64,000 bases of DNA from positions 4,712,001-4,776,000 of the forward strand of contig OX597829.1 in assembly GCA_951406725.2 (NCBI GenBank). The letters run 5' to 3'. This document shows, piece after piece, positions 16,245-30,600 of this stretch (its first letter is position 1; each line of letters starts with the position of its first letter). The notes below the pieces were generated by a model. That model saw only the letters and a list, made by a program, of their open reading frames with translations, did not search any database and was not told the origin of the DNA. The position numbers were made by a program, and so were the translations under genes. Source of the stretch: Octopus vulgaris (Eukaryota).

Positions 16245-17290
16245 AAACAGAAACACCCTGAAGTAAGACCCTACATAGACAGTAACAAGCTTGCCAATGT
16301 TAGAAGAAACATTATAAAAAAAAAATTACTGACTGAAGTAGAGATTGATCAGGTTAGACAAGCAATATCGGATAAAATGAACGAAGCTGCAGCTAGAGAA
16401 GATAATACAGAGGAAATAATTATAGACCAGCCCAGGGCTGATAAAAACGAAGAGAGGATTGAAAGAGTTAGTATAAGTGATAGGCAAAGTGAAATACTCC
16501 CTGAACCAATCATAAACACTAAGACAGATGAGCATCAAATAGATAAAGAAAGTCACAGAAAAAAATTGACCCAACAGAACTACATGAGCTAAAAAATCAA
16601 ATCATGATTGAATGGCTGAAAATTAAAGAAACCAGCATGGATGAACGTGATACACTTCCTAAAATCCGCAACTCTAACCAAAACATGAAAATAATTGGTA
16701 AAATCCGGCTTGCACTTAAGGATATAATTTCAGCTAATGATGTTGATATCACAAACCTCAACCACCTATACTATGCATCCGCGAAAATCTCAACGATCCT
16801 ATGTGGTGTAAAGATTAGAAAACGGCAACATTCCCACAAAAAGCCTTCTTGGCAAGAGCGTCTGCAACAACAAATTAAAATATTTAGATCTGACATTGAA
16901 TATTTGAAAAACCTTAAGGCTCACAAGACTACCAAACCTACAAAAACCCCAAAATTACTGAAAAAATACAATATGAAAACTATACTTGATATTGATGCCA
17001 CCATAGAAACCATAAAACAAAAGGTATCTGCCAAAGCTGCCCGCATAGCGAGGTATGAAAAGCGTATTAGATTCTTCAGGGACAACAACATGTTTAAAAA
17101 TAACACCAAGAATTTTTACAGGAAGATAGGAAAAACAGCGTTTACTGCAAGGTCTGTACCATCAAAAGAAGAAGTGCAGGGATTTTGGAATAAAATCTGG
17201 GCAGAAGAAAAAACACACAACGAAAAGGCCCCCCTGGATTGACAGAATATCTACAGAACTGGACCCCTTAGAAGAGCAAAAGTGGGAGGG
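16242..17290 (+). mobile_element. R4-like LINE fragment (N-terminal to pre-RT region), distinct family
   Basis: DSNKLANVRRNII and ORF 16604-17242 (KPSWQERLQQQI...KQKVSAKAARIARYEKR...FWNKIW), similar to the pre-RT region of the other copies; begins at a (TAA)n edge. Confidence 0.8.
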
Positions 17291-17369
17291 TGTAGAAGGA
17301 CGTGAGAAGGACAGTAGGGGAGATTACAGGGTCAAGTGACTTCCAAAACGAAGGTACCTCCAACACAAA

Positions 17370-17970
17370 GGTGCGTGTGTGTATAAGAGAGTATGTATGT
17401 GCGTGTGAAAGAGGGTTGGTGGTCTGGACGTGTGTGTGTATGTATGTGTGGGTGTGGAGATGTGGGTGGTGTGTTGTGATGTGATATGTGTATGTATGTG
17501 TAGGTGTAAAGATGTGGGGATAGGTGTGTGGGCGGCGTGCTGTGGGTGGTGTGTTGTGATGTGTAATGTTGTATGGTGTAGTGTAGTGTGGTGTGATGTT
17601 GTGGTGTGGTGTAGTGTAGTGTGGTGTGATGTTGTGGGAAGGTGGGGGATGCGAGAGTGGGGAAAGCACAGGTGGGGTGTGGGTTCGGCTGGGGATTGGG
17701 GTAGAGTGGGGGTTGTGAATAAATAGAGGGTGGGGTTAGAGGTGAGGTATGTGGGGGAGGGGTATGGGATATGGGTGAGGTATATGGGGGAGAGGTGTGG
17801 GATAGGGATGAGGTGTGAAGGGAGGGTGTGGGGGAAGAGGGTGGGAAAGATAGGGAAGCGGGTGGGAAGGATAGGGAAGGTGGAGTAGCGGTGGGTGGGT
17901 TTATAGGGGTAGGGGTAGGTGGGTATATGAGGAGAGAGAGGAGGAGAGGAGAGAAGAGAGGGGGACGGGG
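17370..17970 (+). repeat. G/T- then G/A-rich low-complexity tract (many GGG runs)
   Basis: Strongly strand-asymmetric gtgtgg/ggggtag/gggaag sequence. Confidence 0.8.
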
Positions 17971-17971
17971 A

Positions 17972-18017
<46 letters not shown>

Positions 18018-18063
18018 CTATAAATACACACACACACACACATATATATACATAGATATATGC

Positions 18064-18098
<35 letters not shown>

Positions 18099-18469
18099 GG
18101 AATGAAATCGGATGTGCTTGAATATAAGGAAATGTAATATATATAATTTAATATTATTATATAACGTAAATGATATAGCCATACTATTTGACATGAAGTA
18201 TGTAGATGGTGACGACCGCGTTGCTAAAGAGACAGATTGCCTTGTGTTAATTGTTTCAGTTCGTCTATATTAAACTTGTCATCGTTTCCCTGTAGATAAA
18301 TAAAGGACTATATAGTGATCAATTCTTCTCTTTTTGTCTTTTCGATCAGGTAAAGATGGGGCTCTGCCAGGTCTGATGATGTCTATGACACGCCATATGT
18401 TTCACCTCTCACTCTTACATCTCACCAGGAACTCAGGTTCCAAGGCAAGATATAGTGTTTCTTTTATCT

Positions 18470-18665
18470 TTTAGTTGTTTCTGTTATTAGACTCTGGCCA
18501 TGCTTTAGCTCCATCTTGAAGGGTTTTAAAGAAGCAAATCGACCTCAGGACTAACTTTTTAAAACCTAGTACTTACTCTATCTATCTTTAGGCCGAACCG
18601 CAAAGTTGTGTGGACATACACGCACTAGCACCGGTTGTAAAGCGGTGGCGGGAGATAAACACAGA
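18470..18665 (-). mobile_element. SINE 3' part (family of 30137-30600)
   Basis: ggccatgct...gcaaatcgacctcaggact...ccgaaccgcaaagtt is the reverse complement of the family 3' body. Confidence 0.7.
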
Positions 18666-18690
18666 CACAAATCCACACACACATATACAC

Positions 18691-18745
<55 letters not shown>

Positions 18746-18804
18746 CATACTCACATACATACACAAATATACATGCACACATACACATATATAAAATAAG
18801 AGCT

Positions 18805-19052
18805 CTCTGTCGGTTACGACGACGATGGTTCCTTTTGATCCAATCCACGGAACAGGCTGCTCTTAAAATTAATCACAGATATGTGCACCCTTAACGTAGT
18901 TCTCTGGGGAGATTCAGCGTGACACAAAGTGTGACAAGACTGACCCTTTGAAATACAGGTACAACACATTTTGGCCAGCTGAATAGACTGGAGCAACGTG
19001 AAATAAAGTGTCTTGCTCAAGAACACAACGCGTCGCCGGGAATTGAACTGAA
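18805..19052 (-). mobile_element. SINE (head B plus tail X)
   Basis: Minus strand reads gttcaattcccggcgacgcgttgtgttcttgagcaagacacttt... joined to the same tail as 11877-12066. Confidence 0.8.
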
Positions 19053-19080
19053 TACCTTAACCATTAAGGCACGTGCTACT

Positions 19081-19155
<75 letters not shown>

Positions 19156-19169
19156 ATATGTATATGTAC

Positions 19170-19310
19170 GACGTGCTTTTCCAGTTTTCTTTTTCATCAA
19201 ATTCACTCTCAAGGCTTTGCTCAACCCAAGGCCCAAGCTGCCATGCTGTGGGATGAACCCGGAATCATGTGGTTGAGATGCAAGCGTCTTATCACACAGC
19301 CACACCTGTT
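19170..19310 (-). mobile_element. SINE 5' part (family of 30137-30600)
   Basis: Minus strand reads gtgtggctgtgtgataagacgcttgcatctcaaccacatgattccgggttcatcccacagcatggcagcttggg. Confidence 0.7.
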
Positions 19311-21698
19311 AGAATATAATATATATATATAATCTAGTCACTTCTAGGAAAGGTCACACATTTTGAGAAACAGATAACTCCACTGGGGTTTATTTCGTTG
19401 ACCTGTGAAGGATGAAAGGAATATTTGATCCAGGGGATTAGAATTTAGATGAACGAAAGTAAATACTGCAAGTTAGTGTCATCATTTTGTTTCCCTTGAT
19501 TTAATAAATCTAATACAACTAATAATTATATTTACTTACTCAAGAATGATTTCATCTTTTATCTGTCACTGTGGATAAATCCATTTATGGCAATAACTTT
19601 TCCTCTAAAACTTATTGAGGATTAATTATTTAACAAAAACTAGAATTGTATCTAATATCTAGAAGTTATTCTTCCTAACATTAATAGTCCCAATAAGTAA
19701 GAAATATAACACCATTGCTGAGTACGGCGTTACACAGAATGTATCACCCAAATAATTTAAAGAAGAATAGATAGAAAAAATAGATTATGGACAGCTAGAT
19801 GGTCTGATGAAGATAGCAGATATACTGAATCAATAAAAGTTTTCACTTGATGAGACCATAAAAATGGATGAGTCACGTCACGGAATTTTATATTCAGTTC
19901 TTTTGAATCGACTTCCGTATAGATTTGAAGAAAACAAACCCTATATTGTTTAACAAACGTGACGATCAACAAGGTAAGAGACAACGGAAGCTTGGCAATA
20001 TTAAGGGTTTGATGTAGAAACGTGAAGATAATACTTTAGTACAAATTGACTACGGACTCATATTTCACCCATATACTTATCGTTATGAATCACATCACGA
20101 TATGCGCGCACGCGCACACACGCACACACACACACACACACATACAATACACACCATGCATACATACATACATATATGTAAAGAGTTTTGTATTCATTTT
20201 ATCAACTTCTCTAGATTACTGTTGGCATTTCCTTCCCAGTTTTTAACAAAGAAATGAGATTTCAAAGAAATCTACCTTATCTTTGTCATGGACGCGCCAG
20301 ACCACCTTCCATTCTTTATAACTTACTTTATGTTTTGTGTTGTTCATGTAGATTATCAACTCTAAAAGGTGAGGCCAGCAAATGTTGAGATAATATTTTA
20401 GCTACGAGTAGAATGATCATCAGAAACTGAGATACTATTTCAGTTCTAAATCTCACCGTAACCAAAGTTTTGATCTGTATGGTTATATCATTACAAGTTT
20501 TTCTTATTGATACGCTAAAACATTGAAAAATATTTTATACGTTAGTCACTCAGGTAGGTTCATTGCACATAATTTATGCAGCCCTGATGAAGTTAGTGAG
20601 ATGGATGTTTGGTCCATGTATGTACTAAAGACATATTCAGTGAAAGAATTCGGATGATTGCTTGTTTGAGAAGTTAGGGTCTGAGTCTTAAAGGAGAGTT
20701 GACAGCAATGAAGATAAGATAAACAGAAGCGAGTAAATGGAGTGAACCCAGATGAAAGCATTGTGCAACAGGATATCTCAGAAGCGCAGAAGTAATTCAA
20801 ATATCAGTAGAAGGCACTGAGAGAAGAAACAGAGCGCCAATAGACAAGTAATAAAGTGTTTTGTCCAACAGCCGGATAGCTTCCGTTTGGATGTGGCCTA
20901 GTGTGTTAGCGCACCAAGTAGCAGTATTGTCCCATTACCCCGGAGCCCCATAGATGTGAAAAGTACTTCAATGGGGATATTATTTGGATTCTATAGAATA
21001 TCAGTAAATGATGAAACCCGAGTTTTTTTTTTTCTGGCCATAAAGTGGAAACTTACACTGTCTGGTGCAGTTGTTATGGTGTTGCTATAAAAGAAAATAA
21101 TCAGTGCTTGTGGAGAGTTGCCTACGTAGTGACTGTGAGATCTTTAATTGCGTTTCACTGATGAGTAGAAAGGATGCGATGCAAAGAAACTCGTGTTGCA
21201 ACTATGAGTTTGGGCTGTTGAAACGAGTTTATTATCTTTTCCAGATTTCAGGTCTCAGAGTACAAATTAGGCATGAGGTGTCTAGCTTGCAGGTGGATAT
21301 GGTCTATGGACAGAAGGTTAAGAATATTGCATCCGAGTGTGTTGTTAGGATTGAAAACATAAACTTCTACCAAAAAAGGTACCAGAACTGAAAGAGTGTG
21401 GATTGGTAGATAGCCGTACCAGAACACACTGCAATAGTGAAAACAGACAGGAAGCTTTCTTTCCTAGTAATGAGAGTCGGGCAAAACCAATAGACAGGAA
21501 CTTTAACTAGAGTCTCTTTGTCAGTGCTAAGGTTTTAATAATATGAACCTCAGTAAGTACTTAGAGGTGGTAGGCTAATATGGAGGAATAAAACAATATA
21601 TATGAACATATACAATAGGCTAATATGGAGGAATGATATAGAAGAATAAATTCGGGACTGACCTGAGTGTAAGAAAGTCGTACTAGTGTTAATTACAG

Positions 21699-21789
<91 letters not shown>

Positions 21790-22059
21790 GATTGAAAGGG
21801 ATAAAGAAAGCAATGACTGTTAGCTACAGCTTAAGGATTTTAGAAATCAAAATCTTAGGCCTATCACTGAAAGGGTTAGATGGTAGCCCTTTAGGGATGG
21901 GGAACATAAGCGTTTACCGAAGACTGAAATACATTTTAATATATTTATGACATCGAAATTTTTCAGAATTATGGTCTAAAAGGATACCAGACAGAGAGTT
22001 ACCGTATATGTGAGAGTATATGCTATCTCTTTCTTTTTCTTTCTTCCTTTCTTGCTTTA

Positions 22060-22095
<36 letters not shown>

Positions 22096-22210
22096 AGTCT
22101 ATGCAACAGTACACACACAGTACACACACAGTACACACAGTACACACACACAGTACACACACAAACACACACACACATAAAAATATGTAATATCTATCTA
22201 TCTATCTATA

Positions 22211-22265
<55 letters not shown>

Positions 22266-22404
22266 TTATCTGTCTGTCTGTCTATCTATACACACACACG
22301 TGTGCATGCATGTATGTATGTATGTATGTATGTATGTATGTATGTATGTATGTATGTATGTATGTATGTATGTGTATATATATATATATATATTATAAAT
22401 ATAC

Positions 22405-22455
<51 letters not shown>

Positions 22456-22457
22456 CA

Positions 22458-22772
22458 GTGAAGGTGCATGGCTCAGTGGTTAGACCATCGAGCTTACGAT
22501 CATAAGGGACTGTGTGTTATATTCTTGAGCAAGACACTATATTTCCTGTTGCTCCAGTTCACTCATCTGTAAAAGTGAGTTGCCACGTCACTAGTGGCAT
22601 GCTGTATCAGACTTTGCCTTTCCCTTGGATAACATCGGTGGAAGCTGGTATGCATGAGCAGCTTCTGGTCTTCCATAAAAACAACCTTAGGTTGTGCGTT
22701 CGCCGGTCAGGCGACTTTCTGCCCGGACTCCTAGGTGCACCCATGGTCATTCGTGACCGACGGAGTCGAGTT
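22458..22772 (+). mobile_element. SINE (head B plus tail Z)
   Basis: tggctcagtggttag box A and ttcttgagcaagacact core; tail tttgcctttcccttggataacatc...cccatggtcattc is shared with 61932-62245. Confidence 0.8.
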
Positions 22773-22782
22773 AGACACACAT

Positions 22783-22813
<31 letters not shown>

Positions 22814-23199
22814 CACTACCATCTAAAATCTGTTTTGATATATATATCACAATATCAAAAATGGAGGGAGCTTACGTGGAACAAATACAAACTTTTATAT
22901 TTTGGTATTGTTAATAAATAAATTCGCTGTCGAATCACTGAATCTACATTTATTTATTTGAATATACAATTCTATGTTCGAATATATGACTTAGTCAATT
23001 ACAATGAATGCTAGAATGAAGAATAAATTTTAATTTGTGCGTTCATGTAATACTGTCCGAATGTAAATTAATCTATTTTATTCTTATACCTTTTTACTAA
23101 GACGTGGTATATGCGACATTGAAAACATTTAAGTGTATGTGTCTTCTATATCTTTCTGTGTTTTTGCGTGTATGTGTATGTATCAGGAAGAATACTGCA

Positions 23200-24110
23200 G
23201 TAATTGACACCTGAATCCCTGGACAGATAGGATCTGTTGCCTGTTTCAATATGGTGGGCAACAAATTTCATAGTGGTAAAAGTATAAACGTACGTCAGGT
23301 AATTCTTATCTAAATAGCTGATGGAATAAGTATAATTTAAGAACCATGAAGTATTATTGAAGAGCTATAAAATCCTTATGCTGGTTAAAACATTAATAAA
23401 GCAATAATTTATCGTAGCGCCTATACACAGACTGCTTCAACCAATTCCTCCAAGTTCAATGGGTGTTCAATAACATATTGACTGATTAGCTGGTAGATGA
23501 AAAGAAGGGAATACGGGGATGTGCCGAACAGTTATTGATAAACAATACTGTAGTGTCCGAAGTAGAAAAACACCGTAGAAACCTTGCGATAGTATGGTTT
23601 GATTATAGGATGATTAGATTCAATTCCCGCCTCATGGTTGCTCAAGACTGCATTTAGCACAAGAACCTGTTTAATGTCACTAAAAAAAAAAAGGAAAAAG
23701 AGTCTGTCCTGAAGTAAATATAGAGAACCTCATTGTTATTGAATACATACACAAACAGAAAGAATATTGGTAGAACATGCCCATCAAAATTACTGTCAAG
23801 TGTAAACAAAACAGGCCAGATATCGTTGCTTGGGAAAAACAAGAAAACATTTATCTACCGTCTTAGAGCTGCCCTGCTGATGTGAAAATCAAAGGGATAA
23901 CTACTCAAAACCTTTAGCTTGTGTGCCAAGTTTAGGAATGATTATTTTTACTAAAAATAATTAGTGCTCTTCATGAGTAAATGCCGTAGTAACAATTTGG
24001 ATAAGCTAGGATTTTCAGATAAAAGAAATCAAGCGACTCGCACATTATAATTACATTCTGTAAGTGGACAGTAAAAATACTCAAGACTTTTCTCATGTTT
24101 AAAATGTGAA
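23200..24110 (+). mobile_element. Highly decayed RLE-type LINE remnant
   Basis: RRNLAIVWFDY (~23575) and RPDIVAWEK (~23812) resemble the RT and PD-(D/E)XK RLE motifs of the R4-like copies. Confidence 0.5.
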
Positions 24111-26228
24111 TTTGATTTTGTTATCTACATTCCAACAATGGAGATTAGTACATTTCTTAGAAACCAGTTCCTTTCTAAGAAGGTTTCAAATAATTAAAAA
24201 CAGAAGAGAGTTCACCATTTAAAGGCAAAACTTGGCAATTTCTCAAAAGGGAAACCAAAAAAAGAAAAAAACAAAAAATAAGCAAACATTATCTATTCAA
24301 CAGTATTTCACAGTTTCTAACTCTCAGATGCCGCTCACAAAGTATTATCCAAGCAGAGTTTATGATAAAGACACTTGCCAATAACCCCCTCCTTCTGGTG
24401 GAATCCGGAATCATAAGGTTCCAAAGTGAGCGTCTTTATCAAACAACTATTACGGCGCCAGTATATACAAAGAACGTAATCTGTTAAGTGTACGTGATGA
24501 TATTCAATCTGTCAATTAACTTAGATACGTCATAATAGACCAAGTCGTGTGTTTTAAGCAGATATTTAAAAGTACATGTTGCACCCTTGCTAACGTGACA
24601 ACCCAAGCCCACACTTGTAATCATGCGCAAGTATCCTTAAGGCCGAGTGATTGATACGTTTGCTTCTTAATCATGTAGTTCTTGTTTCGATGCGACTGCA
24701 TCCGTGATGAAGCGCTTTCGTCATTGCCGTAGACGTATCTATATAATTTCTCCACATTCCAGTTTAGGTTCCTTCTTATGGATATCCGTCTCCACTAAAT
24801 CCTACTGACTTTTCTCTCTTATTTTAAACTAATATTCATCAGTAAAAGTGAAATTACTAATAAGGAAACTTTATTCCAACAAATGAAAAAAATAAAAAGA
24901 AATATGATTAATTACACACACACACACACATATGTCTATATATATATATTGTTGACGAATTCCGTTCAATTAGGTACTGAAATTGATGTACCTTGTTAGG
25001 TCGGTATAATCCGCACGCTCAAACAGTATTAATTGAATATTGAATACTAAAACTCTGCGCAGGAGTGTTTGCACTTGATATTTTTACCTCCAAAGATATT
25101 TTTGCTTCCGTTAATATTTTCACATTTGATTCCCAATTCTTATAATTCTTATATTTTACGTCTAATTATTCTTTGTATAATAGTGCTCACTTGCTTAGTA
25201 AATATTGCTTTCATCATTTTATCACAGTAATAATCTTTCTTCTTTAAACAAACATCAAGGTAGTCCAACAACAGATGGGGAAGTAGTTTGTCAAGCTTTA
25301 CCTTCCCCTCAAAGCAACATAGAGATTTCAATTCAGCATCCCTCCTATCAGCTTTGCATTGTGTGTGAGTGAGAGAGAGGGAGGGTGAGTGAGAGAGAGG
25401 GAGGGTGGGAGAGAGAGAAGATTGCAAAGAATGAATGAAGTAAACATCAAATGAAAAAATCGTATAATAAAAGAGCATTACAACGGATGTATACGCACCA
25501 GCCTTTGTTGCCTCATAACTACCAGAAAAATAGCTGTTAACAAATTTTTTTACAAATGCCGCTTAGATGTTGTAGCTTCAGAATATATATAGAGATTTAT
25601 GGGAAAAAATTTGCGAGGGGATGGAGATAATTCTCACGATCTGACTTTTTTCTTCATAACTTTCAGGAAGATGAGTATATTTTAATGAAAATTTATACAA
25701 GTCTCTTCTAAACAACATAGATTATGATTATAAAGAAATTTGTGGGGAAACTTTTTTCGGGGATTTTCCCCATTTCTTTTAAACTACAGCCTTCGAAATA
25801 ATGGGGTTATAGAGGACATCTTTGTATGAAAGAAGGTTTCAAAACTCTTTTCTTTACACCCGTTTCCCTCATCATTCCACTCCGAGCCTGTTTTGACCAA
25901 TTTGTTTTGGCTCTTCAGAAACATGAGAAGAAAGTTTTCGGTGAAAAATATTAATATTTTCAGAGGGAAGCGTCATTTAAGGGTTTTGTTTCTAGATCAT
26001 CTAAAGACAACCCTCCTCGTTTATTTATCACTCTTGTATGTATTAATGTTTTTCAATATGTTTTTCCCCTATAAATATATTTATATGCTATAAAAAGAAA
26101 ATTTTAGAAATTATGAAATTTTTGCGATCCCACTCCCTGCTCTCGATTGTTTCTGTTTAGAAATTAAAATATTGGAGATCCTAAGAAGGTCATTGCTGGC
26201 GTTTATCCTCAGTGATTAAAAAAAATTA

Positions 26229-26466
26229 CAGAGACGTAACTTGCATAGCAAGTGACCCGATCCGAGATCGTGTGCTGAAGCAAAAACAATTGCAGCGTGG
26301 AAGGTGTTTGTAAACCATTCACGAAGCACACAAATAGCGTTAGTTTTACTTCAACATTAAAACTTCATTTGTGTCAAAATATTTTCGACGCTTTGAAACC
26401 GCGACCTCTTCACTGACAAAACTCCACGAAAGTGATGCAGCACAAAGTTTTGTCAGTGAACAGTGC
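26229..26466 (-). mobile_element. Non-coding hammerhead-bearing element (older copy of the 60525/62329 family)
   Basis: gagatcgtgtgctgaagcaaaaacaattgcagcgtggaaggtgtttg is shared; hammerhead-like motif on - at 26372-26418, with a short inverted copy at 26447-26463. Confidence 0.75.
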
Positions 26467-26471
26467 ACACA

Positions 26472-26522
<51 letters not shown>

Positions 26523-29056
26523 ACACACACACACACAGACACACACACATACACACTTTCATTATCTTTCATTTAGGTATATGTGTATCTATGTGTGTGC
26601 GTGAGTGTGTATTGGTGTGTGTGTGTGTCACTGTTGAAGTTGTGATTGGAAACTCTGAATAAGATGCAAGTTTCGAGTACGTGTCGCTAACTTTTTTTCT
26701 TCTCGTCTTCTAATAGTAATTACCCAACCTTCTAGGGTCTTCTCAAAGCTATCCCGCGTTCAAACGTTATATAGGTATTTTAATAATAATATTTCAGTCA
26801 AAAAAATATTTTTTTAACTTACGTATACATTAAAAGCGAATTAAAACTTAACAGAGAAAGTGAGAGACTTTGTAAATGAAAACGGAATATTCCGCAGTGA
26901 ATGCAATGGATATTTAAATTTGTGATGAATTGGACGCAGTGAATAATTAAATTTACGAGAAATTGGAGTTAAAAAATTCAATAAAGTTGCGAAATCGAAA
27001 TTATAGGAAATTCCTTAGAACATGAATTTATAAAAATATTTCCATATGGTCAACCCTTTAATAATTGCTTTCTTTTACTACTTTTTAATAGTTGTTACAT
27101 ACTTAATTAGCAAGCAGCTTTTTTCTTATTTAATTTAATTTAATTTTATATTATATATTTTCTTTATGTCTCTTTTAAATATTTTATATCATTCTGTAAA
27201 AGATATTTTATAAATTTTTATATTTTATATTATTAAATTTTAATGTATTTATATAGCATTTTATACATATTTGTAACTTTTATAGCTTATAAATGGTCTG
27301 GCAGTTTATAATTTCTTTTCATAAAACTCACCATATAATATAATATATTTTTATATTTGTAATTAAGCATATTTTATAAATTTTTATATTTTATATTTGA
27401 TATTTCTATACATTTATATATTCTTTTATATACTTCCATAGCGCTTATAACTTATAATATTTTTTCGACAATTTATAAGGCTTTTTATGCAATTCGCTGA
27501 GTATGTGAATTCTTATTTTATTATATTTTTAATCATGTAGTATATTCATTAAGCGTTTATGTGCCCAAATTGGTTTAAATATTGTATCTGAATGTACCCC
27601 CGTATACATTTGGTATATCTCTAATTTAATTACCCATATATTGGAAACCATTTCTTAGGACATCTTATATTTATCCACCCGTAATGAAGCAAATAGCGCT
27701 TATATTTGTTTAACGTAAATGATAAGTTTCTATTTATATGATAATTTGATTCTGTTATGCATTCATTATAGAATATATTTTTCATGATCTTCTTTGTTTC
27801 AGACTTTTAGTCGAACAAATCAACCCCAGGACTTATTCTTTGTAAACCTGGTACTTATTCTATCGGTCTCTTTTGCCAAACCGCTAAGTTACAGGGACAT
27901 AAACAAACCAAAATCGGATCGGTTGTCAAGCGACGTTGGGGGGGGGGAGACACACACAGACACACAAACATACGTACATCAGGCATTCCCTTATTACTAC
28001 TCCACGCCCTACCTTTTTGTGTAGATTAAGCTGAATATATGGTTCCTGTATATTGAGAATCTAGTAGATTGTCTGACAATAATTGATTTATAACCATTAA
28101 CTAGAATACAGTTGACAACTCCCAATGCATTTGATTCTAACTGGTTGAAGACTACATTCTACACATTGTCTTCTATGTGTAAGCAACTAAGTCACCACGC
28201 TTTTTATCCGGATCCCCACTGTTTCCTTCGCTGCTCTGAAAATTATGGTAGATTTGACAAGATATGCATTACTTTCTAAACTCACTCTACTAGAGATATG
28301 ACAACAGAAACAAAGTAAATAATTTGAGCTCCATTATTGATGTGAATATGTTAATGCGGTGGGTGTATCTTTTATGTTTGAAGCCTATGCCGTTATCTGA
28401 CGAGAACGGTTTCCTTCACATGATGTATTGTTTTCATTAATCAATTAAAAGAGTAGCTTGAAACGGCCGTAATGAATTGACACGCGTATATCTACGCTAC
28501 TCATTTATACATATATATATATATAGCATTTCGTAATTGTGTTCAATATAATTTTTTATATACCTAATATTTTTGAATACTAAATATTCTTTTCTTAGAA
28601 CACCGGAAATTATATCCTAAACAATTTAATCCTAAATGACACCACTGTTATGCAATCTTTATTTACATTTCCCAATCTAATTCTTTGTATATTACACCTC
28701 TCACGATAAATTACATCCGTCTATCTACCATCTCCCTCACATAAGCTTTTATAAATATATTCAAATTTTAGAGTTAAATTTAAATTTAAATATAATAATA
28801 GATATATTTTTCAAATAAATTTGATGTTTCAGCAGCATTTCAACGTTCAAAATTAGCTAAATTTTAAACGATGAATTTCTAATTGCATGAACTCTGTGTC
28901 CTAATAATATGGCAATATATCGATAATTACATCTATAAAAGTTAGAATTATTGATGTTTCAAACATATGTTCGATTAAAACATATTTTTTTTTTTTGTTT
29001 TGTTTTTGTTTTTCCAGTTTCAGCTCTTGAGCTGTGGCCATGCTGGGGCACCGCCA

Positions 29057-29219
29057 TTGTGGTGAAAGAGTACAGCAGGGATCACCACCCCCTGCCGGAG
29101 CCTCGTAGAGCTTTTAGGTGTTTTCGCTCAATAAACACACACAACGCCCGGTCTGAGAATCGAAACCGCGATCCTGCGACCGCGAGTCCGCTGCCCTAAC
29201 CACTAGGCCATTGCGCCTC
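29057..29219 (-). mobile_element. SINE head A fragment
   Basis: Nearly identical to 12096-12260. Confidence 0.85.
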
Positions 29220-29996
29220 TACATATGTAGAATGTTTTGTTGGATATTTTTGGCTTGTTTTGTTGATGCAGTACCTTTTATACTTGTTCTTATAGATATA
29301 TCATTTAATCTTTTATACAATTTTATACAATTTTATACAATTCTAATACAAGCATCTTTTATATTTTGTCTTTACTATTTTCTTTTATTGAGTTTTTAAT
29401 TTATGAGACTGTTTATACATATATATTGAGGAACTTTCTATCAATGTATTTACTTAAACCTAGTATATATAGGTAGATTCGTTGGTGTGTCGAACAAAAT
29501 ATTTTGCGGTATTTGTTCTTTGTATATGTCCTATTTATTTTACGTTCAATATCACCGAAGTCGATTTTGTATTTTTATCTTTTTGCGGTGCATCAAATGA
29601 AATAATGTCTCAACTAATTATTGCCTAGTTTCATCGATTGCCGATCTGTGTTAACGGATTAATGCTAACCTGTATGGGAAGTCCTAATACATTAGAACTT
29701 AAGTACCCGATCAACTTGTAAAGCTCTAATGACAGGTAAACTGGCACGTTTGGGGTACCTTGCTGTCGCACACCGATGTTGTTTGCCTGAATGATCCTAT
29801 ATTACTTCCAAAACACAACATACGTATGCACACATAAACTCACATATTTTATCATTCTCCAATATACGAGCACACCTACGAGTCTGTTAAAAGAGTGAAT
29901 GCCAAGCAAGAAAGTTTTTAAAATGATAAGCGAAAATAAAATATAATGAAATTAATAATATGAAATTCACGAATGTTCATTGATACTATAGATTGC

Positions 29997-30038
<42 letters not shown>

Positions 30039-30136
30039 CGTGTGTGTGTGTATGTATGTGTGCGTGCGTGCGTGTGGTCAGTGGATCATATATCCGAAAA
30101 AGAAACCCACCATAAAAGCTAGAGCAGTTATGTATT

Positions 30137-30302
30137 GGCATCGCAGGAGTGGCTGTGTGGTAAGTAGCTTGTTTACCAGCCACATGGTTCCGGGTTCAGT
30201 CCCACTGCGTGGCACCTTGGCCAAGTGTCTTCTACTATAGCTTCGGGCCGACCAAAGCCTTGTGAGTGGATTTGTTAGACGGGAACTGAAAGAAGCCCGT
30301 CG

Positions 30303-30393
<91 letters not shown>

Positions 30394-30600
30394 ATGTTTG
30401 TGTAACTGTGTTTGTCCCCCTAACATTGCTTGACAACCGATGCTGGTGTGTTTATATCCCCGTAACTTAGCGGTTTGGCAAAAGATACCGATAGAATAAG
30501 TACTGGGCCTACAAAGAATAAGTCCCGGGGTCGAGTTGCTCGATTAAATGCGGTGCTCCAGCATGGCCGCAGTCAAAATGACTGAAACAAGTAAAATGAG
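30137..30600 (+). mobile_element. Abundant tRNA-derived SINE with internal (TA)n(TG)n
   Basis: tggctgtgtggtaag box A and ggttcagtccc box B, internal microsatellite, 3' gcggtgctccagcatggccgcagtc...gaaacaagtaaaa. Other copies at 52076, 49197, 49820, 27795, 18470 and 19170. Confidence 0.88.

Noticed and set aside
18372-18410. CTGATGA hammerhead half-cores here and at ~1381, ~2739(-), ~19804, ~20584 and ~59799
   Set aside because: No correctly placed GAAA with stems I and III; at best decayed remnants.
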